From assembly GCA_964016885.1 (NCBI GenBank), contig OZ024740.1:25978001-26042000 (forward strand): 64,000 nt of DNA, written 5' to 3'. The stretch is from Eledone cirrhosa. Lineage: Eukaryota. The notes beneath the pieces are model-generated. The model was not told the origin of the DNA. It searched no databases and was given only the letters and a program-made list of their open reading frames with translations. Each line of letters begins with the position of its first letter. The stretch's first letter is position 1. A program made the position numbers and the translations under genes. Shown piece after piece: positions 1 through 10,038 of this stretch.

Positions 1-37
1 TCATGCAGACTAGAACCCACAACTTACCGTTGACATC

Positions 38-68
<31 letters not shown>

Positions 69-731
69 TTGATAGAAAATTTATGTATATATATTTGATT
101 GAAAATTTAACGGTTGATCAAATATAGTCTATGAATATGAATTCATTAAGACTAATGTACAATCCATTCCTGTAACTAACTTAAAACATTCAATATAAAC
201 AGTAACTAAAATTTAATTCAACATATGTCATAGAAACGTCTGCAAAAACTGTTTGTTTCTCAACACATTAATTCGAACACTATCAACATTCAACATCCAC
301 CATAGATTCTAATACATTAACATATTTGCTTAAAGTGCAGTATTTATTCATCTATATACGCATAATAGCTTTGCTCATCTCCTTCTCATGTATATGACTT
401 ACGCAGTTGCACTATCCATACGCCTGCATATGAATTGTTAATGCACTCTTCCTTTCTCAAAACTACTTTCTCGATGCCACTTTAATAATTGGACTATTCT
501 CTTGTTTTAGCTGTTGCATGTATTCCACTCCGTGCTTTGAGTTTAATTTAATTTGAATTTGAATTTGAATTTGAACTTGAATGTTTGTACAATTATTGTA
601 CAATTCTCGTAAAATATATGTCACATCTATTCCACCCTGACAATACGAAATTGTTGCTCACAACATCAATTTATATGCATCTATATTATTGTCCAGTTGA
701 ATAGGAGGTTAATTATATGTGCAAACATTGA

Positions 732-786
732 TAATACTCCGATGAACTGAAATGAGAGTTTGGATGAAACGATTGTCAGCTATTAA
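732..786 (+). ncRNA. Degenerate hammerhead ribozyme motif (3' end of an old PLE remnant)
   Basis: TAATACT-CCGATGA...GAAAC-GATT-GTC-AGCTATTA, followed by ATTAAA and (TA)n. The core has a U-to-C change and stem II pairs poorly. Confidence 0.4.
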
Positions 787-824
787 ATGATTTGAACACA
801 ACTTTGATAGTTATATAATTTATG

Positions 825-888
<64 letters not shown>

Positions 889-893
<5 letters not shown>

Positions 894-997
894 ACCAGTA
901 AGACCCCGACAGCTGAGCTCAAGCCGTTTCGACGGCTAATTCTGGACTGAATTAGCCGTCGAAACGGCTTGAGCTCAGCTGTCGGGGTCTTACTGGT

Positions 998-1002
<5 letters not shown>
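889..1002. mobile_element. Perfect hairpin (54-bp arms, 6-nt loop) in (TA)n; half-hammerhead fold-back family, copy 1
   Basis: 889-942 is the exact reverse complement of 949-1002, with loop TGGACT. Each arm carries GAAAC-GGCTTGAGCTCAGCT-GTC. Confidence 0.85.
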
Positions 1003-1044
<42 letters not shown>

Positions 1045-1172
1045 AAGTTATATTTAAAATTGTTGGGTTACAACTAGTAAATATTTATAACTGATATAAA
1101 AGCACTCGACAAATATTTGGAGTATATTTACAATATTAAATAAATGGAAAACTATATTTATAAAACCATATT

Positions 1173-1238
1173 TATTTCATTATATATATTTCGGGGATAT
1201 CATATTAACAATATGCTATGCCTTCATCAGACAAAATA
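1173..1238 (-). ncRNA. Minimal type I hammerhead ribozyme, inverted pLTR copy
   Basis: Reverse complement of 4496-4561. Confidence 0.75.
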
Positions 1239-1374
1239 CAATATAAACAGTTTTATAGATAAATAGATTCGACATACCGTAATAACACCGACTTCATTTG
1301 AAGAGGTTTACGCTGGCAGTGAAAAATGTTATACAGAGAGAAAGAAAGAGAGAAAAAATGACCTGCCAGTTAGA

Positions 1375-2997
1375 TTGATCGCACCTTCAAAATCGGACCT
1401 GGGCAAATTAAGCAAAAACATTCTTGACAGGGTGATACAGCAAATTAAGAACTTGGATTGTGTATCCAACCTGAGCTTGTGGAAGGGAACTGGAGAGGTT
1501 GTTGAGTGGTTTAGGCAAATTAAATATAACAATAATAATAGGTTTATTCAACTTGATATAGCTAACTATTATTCTTCTATTACCCCTAGTCTACTAAATA
1601 AGGCACTGAATTACGCATTCAAACATACTGACCTAACTAGCAAAGAAATGCATATTATATTATCGGCTAGGAAAACTTTGATAGAATTTAATGACAAATT
1701 ATGGACCAGAGCAGATAGAGATAGCAATTTTGACATAACTATGGGATCTTCCGACTCAGCTCAGGTAACTGACCTTGTGGGCTTATTTTTAATCAATTCG
1801 CTACATAGGAAAATACCTGGTACTACCGGAGGTTTATATAGGGATGACATGCTTTTACTTATTAATAATAATAACCCTGAACTAAATAGAAAATGTAAAC
1901 AAATTACAAATTTTTTTAATTACTTTAACCTTAAAATAGAAATTGAGAACAACCATAGAATAGTCAATTTCCTAGATATAACATTAAATCTCAACACATG
2001 TCTCCACTATCCTTTTCACAAGTTGAATGAAAACTTAAACTATGTCAACTTTAACTCTAACCACCCCAGATCTGTCAAAAACACTATAGTAAACTCAATC
2101 CAAAAACGTATCTCTAGGATCTCGTCGAATAGAAAGATTTTCGACGAAAAGACCCAATACTATAATGAAGCACTAGCTAGGGCAGGATATGCTGATAAGA
2201 TTGTGTACATAGATAATGATAGACAAACTAAACAAAGTAACAACTTTTTTAATTACGGCAACAACATTAACAACATTAATAGAAAGCATTACAATAATTC
2301 CAAAGGACAAAAAAGAAATAGAACTAGGAACATAATTTGGTTTGCCCCCCCTTTCTCACTAAACATTAAAACCCACATCGCTAAATTATTTTTCAAAGCT
2401 CTTGATAATCGCTTCCCTAGAACACATAGGTATCACTCAATTTTCAATAGGCATACAATTAAATTAACCTACTCATCCACCAAAAATTTAGCACAAAATA
2501 TTAATAGAATAAATAATAGGAACTTAAAACCTACTGATAATAGCATAAATAATATACAAGTTAACAAATGTAACTGTAGAGATAGATCTAAATGTCCGTT
2601 AAATAACAACTGCTTAGTTAAAAATATAGTATACAATTGTAATGTTAATACTGACTCTAATTCTTTTAACTACGTCGGTTCCACATCGACGGAATTTAAA
2701 CTTCGCTATAATAACCACAAGAATTCTTTCACAGATCCAAGTAAAAATTCTTCAACGGCACTATCAGGCGTACTCTGGCAACTTAAGCTAGATAACGTTA
2801 GATATTCGACGGCTTGGAATATAGTCTCAAGAGGGATTCCTTTTAATTCATCCTCTGAGACATGTGACCTCTGCGCAGAGGAGATATTCTTTATACTAAA
2901 ATCTAAAAATTCCCTTAACCTACGGACAAATTTATTCAGTTGTTGCAAACATAGATTAAACTCAACGTTTAAATATAAATTTAAATTTAAAATGTAG
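1375..2997 (+). CDS. Penelope-like (Naiad-type) reverse transcriptase with C-terminal GIY-YIG endonuclease, N-terminally truncated
   Basis: RT motifs LDIANYYSSI, TMGSSDSA, YRDD, FLDITL. Linker CNCRDRSKCPLNNNC. GIY-YIG motifs IVY...YVG, RYNNH, CDLCAEE, CCKHR. There is no ATG start, and the homology-like frame runs up to the inverted repeat. Confidence 0.92.
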   Translation: MIAPSKSDLGKLSKNILDRVIQQIKNLDCVSNLSLWKGTGEVVEWFRQIKYNNNNRFIQLDIANYYSSITPSLLNKALNYAFKHTDLTSKEMHIILSARKTLIEFNDKLWTRADRDSNFDITMGSSDSAQVTDLVGLFLINSLHRKIPGTTGGLYRDDMLLLINNNNPELNRKCKQITNFFNYFNLKIEIENNHRIVNFLDITLNLNTCLHYPFHKLNENLNYVNFNSNHPRSVKNTIVNSIQKRISRISSNRKIFDEKTQYYNEALARAGYADKIVYIDNDRQTKQSNNFFNYGNNINNINRKHYNNSKGQKRNRTRNIIWFAPPFSLNIKTHIAKLFFKALDNRFPRTHRYHSIFNRHTIKLTYSSTKNLAQNINRINNRNLKPTDNSINNIQVNKCNCRDRSKCPLNNNCLVKNIVYNCNVNTDSNSFNYVGSTSTEFKLRYNNHKNSFTDPSKNSSTALSGVLWQLKLDNVRYSTAWNIVSRGIPFNSSSETCDLCAEEIFFILKSKNSLNLRTNLFSCCKHRLNSTFKYKFKFKM

Positions 2998-4495
2998 TAT
3001 ATTTAGTTTGATTTATATTTATATGGGAAACTAGCCGATAAATTTTTTGATTCCTAAATCTTTGATTCCCTCTTTTTACTCTTTTTTTATTGTTTATTTT
3101 TATTTTATTTTTATCTAAACATTCCTCATGAAAAATTAAGCTACCCTAAAAGCTGATGCTCCAAATTTTTTGAATTAACCTTACACTAGATAAACTTCTA
3201 TATTAAATATAAGAACATATGTAGACCTAATTGGACATCATAATCTTTTTGAAATGATCTTTGCTAGATGTGATTTGATAGATAATTTTTGGCTTTGTCT
3301 TGTAATGAACTTGGCAATATATTGTCAATTAACTTTGAAGGGTTGTTCTTTGTGGTTTATTTTTATTTTTATTTATTTTTATTTTTATTTTTATTTTTAT
3401 TTTTATTTTTATTTTTATTTTTATTTTTATTTTTTATTATTGTAGTATTCTATAATATTTTTTATTTTTTATTTTTTATTTTTTATTTTATTTTTAATAT
3501 CTTTAATATGTAAATTTTTAATACGTAATATTTTTTAATACGTAGTATTTTTAATATGTAATATTTTTATTATGTAATATTCTTTCGTAATATTTTTTAT
3601 TTTTTTAGTTTTTTTATTTTTTTATTTTTTATTTTTTTTTTTTTTTTTAGTTTTCTATTCTATATTTTTACTTATTATTATTATTGTTATCTTTTTATTT
3701 TTAGTTTTGTTTATAATATATATTTTTATTAGTATATTGAAATCTGCTCTCTATTTCTGCTTGATAGATAATCTTGTAGAGTAATGACAGGAATAATAAT
3801 ACGCTCAAATTTTTATACCACATTGAGAATGTTTTCCGTGAACTTAGAGTTTGCAGAGTGAATCAGTTGGATTCGCATGGATGTTTGTAGCTGTCACATA
3901 AACATATGAATTTTTTAAAACTAAACATAAGATAATTAATTTTCACACATTATGGATACTTGTCTCATTCAAGAATACTGATATTTACAATATAGTGTAA
4001 GTTTTATAAATACTAATACATTAAAACATAGGGTTTTTGCGCCTCGAATATGTCTGGCTATTTTTAAATTTTTTTCTCTCGCTATTTTTTCCTCTCTCTA
4101 TATTTTTTTCTCTATATATATCTCCCTTACATTAATACCTGAGCTAAATAAATAAATAAATAAATAAATGTATCATTGGTACATTTACTCAAAATGACCT
4201 TCCACTACCTAATTTTCTATATATATATGTATCTATCTCTATTTCCTCTCTCTATATATATATATGACTCTTTCTGTTTCTTTACATGAAGTTCTTCGCT
4301 TTATCTATCTTTCCATCTCTCTATTTTGTTCCATGCATTTCTTCTTTTTCTTTTTCTTATTTTTCTTCCTTTTCTTCGTTTTGTCTTTCTTTCTCTCTGT
4401 ATAAAATTTTTTCACTGCCAGCGTAAACCTCTTCAAATGAAGTCGGTGTTATTACGGTATGTCGAATCTATTTATCTATAAAACTGTTTATATTG

Positions 4496-4561
4496 TATTT
4501 TGTCTGATGAAGGCATAGCATATTGTTAATATGATATCCCCGAAATATATATAATGAAATA
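4496..4561 (+). ncRNA. Minimal type I hammerhead ribozyme in the PLE 3' pLTR
   Basis: Stem I TATTTTGT/ATGAAATA (8 bp with 2 GU), CTGATGA at 4504, stem II AGG..CATATT-GTT-AATATG..CCC, GAAA at 4542, palindromic stem III ATATATAT, AUA triplet at 4551-4553. Confidence 0.8.
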
Positions 4562-4599
4562 AATATGGTTTTATAAATATAGTTTTCCATTTATTTAAT

Positions 4600-4667
<68 letters not shown>

Positions 4668-4670
4668 TAT

Positions 4671-5120
4671 ATAAGATCAAAAGATGGTTAAAAGAGTTCC
4701 ATGTATTTTATTATGCGCATTTCAAAAACAAATATCATCATGCAATAACATTTGCGTTTTCGTCAGATAAAATAGGGAGACATGATATGAAGGTTAAAAA
4801 ACACTTGTGAATAGTGCAGTTTTAAATCAACATATGAAAAGTAGTTTTAGATTGATGTGTGATATTTGGAAAAAAAAAAAAATTGAGGGGGGGGGGGATG
4901 AAAAAGAGGAGATGATATTTTCCTAATATCACACATCAATCTAAAACTACTTTTCATATGTTGATTTAAAACTGCACTATTCACAAGTGTTTTTTAACCT
5001 TCATATCATGTCTCCCTATTTTATCTGACGAAAACGCAAATGTTATTGCATGATGATATTTGTTTTTGAAATGCGCATAATAAAATACATGGAGCTCTTT
5101 TAACCATCTTTTGATCTTAT
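4671..5120. mobile_element. Fold-back element with ~200-bp inverted arms, each carrying a hammerhead
   Basis: 4671-4872 is the near-perfect reverse complement of 4919-5120, with a ~46-nt A/G-rich spacer. Left flank is (TA)n. Confidence 0.88.
5017..5087 (+). ncRNA. Minimal type I hammerhead ribozyme (mirror copy at 4704-4774, - strand)
   Basis: Stem I TATTTTAT/ATAAAATA, CTGACGA at 5025, long stem II, GAAA at 5068, palindromic stem III ATGCGCAT, AUA triplet at 5077-5079. Confidence 0.85.
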
Positions 5121-5213
5121 ATATTATTTATACTCCAGTCATACAAACTGTAGAGTGCTACTTATCCGATATCTGCATTGCTTTATTGTACTACAATAAA
5201 ACTCACCACCTAC

Positions 5214-5672
<459 letters not shown>

Positions 5673-5854
5673 TAGATATATATATATATTCTCTTTCTCT
5701 TTTTCTCTCTCTTTCTTTCTCTTTCTCTCTCTCTCTTTCTATTTATATGTATGTATATGAATATATATATGTATATATATACATCATATATATATAGATA
5801 GATACACACACACACAAACACACACATACAGACTCACACACACACACAGATACA

Positions 5855-5958
<104 letters not shown>

Positions 5959-6585
5959 GTTGAACGATTATAATTGAGTTGCCATGATTTTAAAACGTAA
6001 CAAGCATTAATGACCGTTTGTCGTGTTATTACGAATTACATAGACGAAATATTTAATAACATCTCCTGTTTGGGTAATTACTTGCTACATTTACTTTAAT
6101 TGTATATCTGTAACACCCTTTCTAAATGTACTCTTCGAGGACCATCAATCAATTTATTAACGTAACAACCAGCTAACCACTTTCGAAATTACCGTGAGAA
6201 AATAATCAAGTTGAAAATAATATTAAAATAAAAGAGAGACATATGGAATAAAATGAAAAATTGAAAAGATTAAATAAAATAACATGAAAAATGAAAGAAA
6301 AGATTACAAATTTGAATAATACTCGTGATTATGATGGAGATGATAACAACACCACCAACAACCACATCAGCAACAACAACTGCAGCAGCAGCAACAGCAA
6401 CAACAGCGACAAGAAAAAATAACAACAACAACAATAATAATAATTATTATTATCATTATTATTATCTCTGTTATCAACTCAAGAGCATTGATTATCATTA
6501 GATACCATAGATTGGACCAAAGCAGATTTAGAGGTTTTGGTTCGCAAAACGAGGAAGCTGTTGATGGTGCGGCCACACTTAGAAT

Positions 6586-7888
6586 TTGTATCACCCAGTC
6601 TGGAACGCCTATCTTGCTCAGAACATTGACAGCATGGAAACTGCTCAGAGACGTGTAACCAGGCGAATACCCTCCATCATCAATCTACCATTATCTGAAC
6701 GCCTTACTTCCCTGGGCATGGATACATTAAAGCTCCGACGTCTTGCAACTAACTTGGAAAACACCCATAACATTATTAACCATCTTGCCAACAACAACTC
6801 TGAGTACCTTTTTGATTTGCATGTGTCTAACACACGTGGATATGCCCACAGAGTCAGAAAACAGCACAGCTCCCATGACTTTCGGAAACATTTGTTCATG
6901 CTCAGAGTTTCTGAAGCATGGAACAAACTACCTGCATCAGTTGTTAGTTGTCAAGACACTGCATCCTTTAAAACCTCCATGGAACAAACTACCTGCATCA
7001 GCTGTTAGTTGTCGAGACACTGCATCATTTAAAACCTCCATGGAACAAACTATCTGCATCAGTTATTAGCTGTCGAGACACTGCATCCTTTAAAACCTCC
7101 ATAGAACAAACTACCTGCATCAGTGGTTAGCTGTCTAGACACTTCATCCTTTAAAACCTCCATAGAACAAACTACCTGCATCAGTTGTTAGTTGTCAAGA
7201 CACTGCATCCTTTAAAACCTCCATGGAACAAACTACCTGCATCAGTTGTTAGTTGTCGAGACACTGCATCATTTAAAACCTCCATGGAACAAACTACCTG
7301 CATCAGTTATTAGCTGTCGAGACACTGCATCCTTTAAAACCTCCATAGAACAAACTACCTGCATCAGTGGTTAGCTGTCGAGACACTGCATCCTTTAAAA
7401 CCTCCATGGAACAAACTACCTGCATCAGTTGTTAGTTGTCAAGACACTGCATCCTTTAAAACCTCCATGGAACAAACTACCTGCATCAGTTGTTAGCTGT
7501 CGAGACACTGCATCCTTTAAAACCTCCATAGAACAAACTACCTGCATCAGTTGTTAGCTGTCGAGACACTTCATCCTTTAAAACCTCCATAGAACAAACT
7601 ACCTGCATCAGTTGTTAGCAGTCGAGACCCTGCATCCTTTAAAACCTCCATAGAACAAACTACCTGCATCAGTTGTTAGCTGTCGAGACACTGCATCCTT
7701 TAAAACCTCCATGTTTCCTGAGATTCGCCAGCACTACACCTAATATTCCCCCTCCATACATACGCACACATGTACATCATGACTCATACACTATTCACTT
7801 TCCTGACATTTGTACATTATTCTATGTACTATACATGCACCTTTGGTGAGTTGTAGAGCACTGAGCACTGTACACAATAATTTTATTA
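6586..7888 (+). mobile_element. CR1/L2-group LINE 3' fragment (ORF2 C-terminus plus 3' UTR) with an internal minisatellite
   Basis: PVWNAY...METAQRRVTR...ERLTSLG...LRRL...TRG...RVSEAWNKLP...SFK matches the CR1-type ORF2 tail. Short TTA tail near 7880. Confidence 0.8.
6917..7713 (+). repeat. 61-bp minisatellite, 13 copies
   Basis: Unit CATGGAACAAACTACCTGCATCAGTTGTTAGTTGTCAAGACACTGCATCCTTTAAAACCTC. 6917+13x61=7710, where CATG recurs. Confidence 0.95.
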
Positions 7889-7892
7889 TATA

Positions 7893-8542
7893 GTAGCAGT
7901 TGTACCCGGCGTTGCATGGGATAAGTTATTTTGGAACGCGGGCCGCCAACAGACCTAATCGTGGAAAAACTCCATGCCTGGACAATATGTAAAGAAAATA
8001 AACCGAATATTCTGATGGCTTGATAATCTTTAATATTTTCCTCGATAAAGGAGGAAAAATGCAGGTTTTCACCTAATGCGGGCCCTAGGGGATCAAGAAA
8101 GTGAATTTTTTTATGTGCATAATATGCCTTGAAATTTCGGGAAAATCGGCTAGACTTAACGCCTCAAAAAAGCCCTAAGAAGCTGAACAAATGAAGTTTT
8201 CCACCTAATGTGGGCTCTAGGCCATAAAAAAGTTGGATTTTATTTGCTCACAGTATGAAGAAGAGACTGAATAATACATAGTTACAATTTCAAGGAAATC
8301 GGTCTGACGTAACGCCTAAAAGAAAACCCCCAAACCTGAAAAAACGCAGTTTTTCATCTAATGCGGGCCCTAGGGGATCAAAAAGTTGAATTTTTTTATG
8401 TGCATAACACTCCCAGAAACATAAGTAATACACATGTAAAGTTTGAAAAAATCGGTTGAGTACTTCTCGAGTTTTAGGGATTCAAACTCACAGACACACA
8501 CTCACACACACTGACAGACACCCTAAGTTTTATATATATAGA
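7893..8542 (-). mobile_element. Non-autonomous Helitron-like element
   Basis: Minus strand begins TCTATATATATAAAAC and ends with hairpin CCCATGCAACGCCGGG followed by CTAC (decayed CTAG). Three internal subrepeats lie near 8061, 8193 and 8346. Confidence 0.65.
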
Positions 8543-9267
8543 TTATATATTATAGATTATAGATTATATATAGAACAGATCACTCGAAGGTGAATGTGGA
8601 ATGATTATATACGAAAACAGCAAATGGAGGCCGAGGATTTACTGAGAGTAGTGAACGGAGAATATTGTTTGGAACTAACACTGGCGAGAAAGGTAAAGAA
8701 GGGGTACAGAATGAACATGGAACTGCATATGAAAGCAAGAAACTACAAGAGAATTTCAGAACAGCAATTGATGAAGTGAGAGGTATAAGTAAATGTTGGA
8801 TACCGAAGCGCTTCGAGCCTTCACGACTTGGCAGCTATGGTTCTCTATGGAACTGCATGGAGTTGCGTCTCTTCAATTAAGTTTTCTGGGTTCTGGAGGG
8901 CCATACATCGGCCATACCTTTTGACAATTTTCTTGACATCTTCTACTCGGTCTTCATCGTTTGTTATCTTTTCAAAAATGAAGCAGGTTTGTTATAGGAC
9001 TGAGCGGTAAATCGGTTTCCAATTTGGCTGACTGGCTGGTTGGATGGTAGGCTAGTTTATTGAGCATCTGGTTGGTTGACTGTTTGGCTGACTGGTTGAA
9101 AATTGGCTTGTTTGTTGGCTAGCTGGATGTTAGGCTGATTGGAGGGCTGAGACGGTGGGAATTAGTTCTTTTGAGAAATTATCGTGTTTTTGTTTTTGCT
9201 ATTGTTTCTGCTGTTTTTGTTGCTGCTGCTGCTGGTGGGTGTGGATATGTCGGTAGATTTTGAGATC

Positions 9268-9450
9268 TGGCAGTATCAGTAGAGGGTCGGATACCATGCT
9301 TTCTAGCATAGAGTTACGGCACTTGTCATTCTGAGTTCAAATCCCGCTGAGGTTAACTTTGCCTTTCATCCTTACGGGGTCGATAAAATAATGTACCAGT
9401 AATGCACTGGGTACCTGCTACCCTTGTGCCAAAAGTAGAAATAATTATTA
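9268..9450 (+). mobile_element. tRNA-derived SINE, family 1
   Basis: A-box-like TGGCAGTATCAG, B box GAGTTCAAATCCC, conserved core GCCTTTCATCCTTACGGGGTCGATAAAATAA. Seven copies in the window. Confidence 0.85.
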
Positions 9451-9451
9451 T

Positions 9452-9645
9452 GTGGATTGGCAGTATCGGTAGAGAGTCGGAAGCTATGATTTGCAACAAA
9501 GAGTTACGGCCATTTATTATCTGAGTTCAAATCCCGCCGAGGTTAACTTTGCCTTTCATCCTTACGGGGTCGATAAAATAAAGTACCAGTAATACACTGG
9601 AATAATTGCTGGCCTTGTGCCAAAAGTAAAAATAATAATTATTAT
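9452..9645 (+). mobile_element. tRNA-derived SINE, family 1 (tandem second copy)
   Basis: Same motifs, head-to-tail after the previous copy, with an ATT tail. Confidence 0.85.
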
Positions 9646-9935
9646 TCCTCCTCGGATTCAAGATATTTAACAGGTATTTATTTCACGGAACTTGTAGATG
9701 TTACATTTTGTAGTTGTTTCGTTTTGTATAAAGAATGTGCTCAAACACAGAGGTGCTCGAAATACAGCTTATATAAAATATGGTGAATACCATTAAAATA
9801 CGGGAAAAGATGTCAAAGGTCACTATGAGGATTTGGGCCCCATATCTTCCATATATATAATTAGACACACACACACACACACTCATACACACACACATAC
9901 ACACACGCGCACGCACGCATACACACACACACACG

Positions 9936-10038
<103 letters not shown>

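Larger units (their letters stand above)
1129..4605 (+). mobile_element. Penelope-like element (Naiad-type), 5'-truncated, with an inverted copy of its 3' pLTR at the 5' end
   Basis: 1129-1349 is the near-perfect reverse complement of ~4384-4605. The two repeats enclose an RT+GIY-YIG ORF and a long T-rich 3' UTR. The element ends in (TA)n. Confidence 0.9.

Noticed and set aside
1375-2997. Selenocysteine recoding as in some Naiads
   Set aside because: No in-frame TGA; the ORF ends in TAG and the Cys codons are standard.
6917-7713. CRISPR-like regular repeats (also 18244-19652)
   Set aside because: Units are contiguous with no unique spacers, the context is eukaryotic, and there are no cas genes.
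9268-9645. tRNA genes
   Set aside because: A/B boxes run into a shared SINE body and tail, with no complete cloverleaf.
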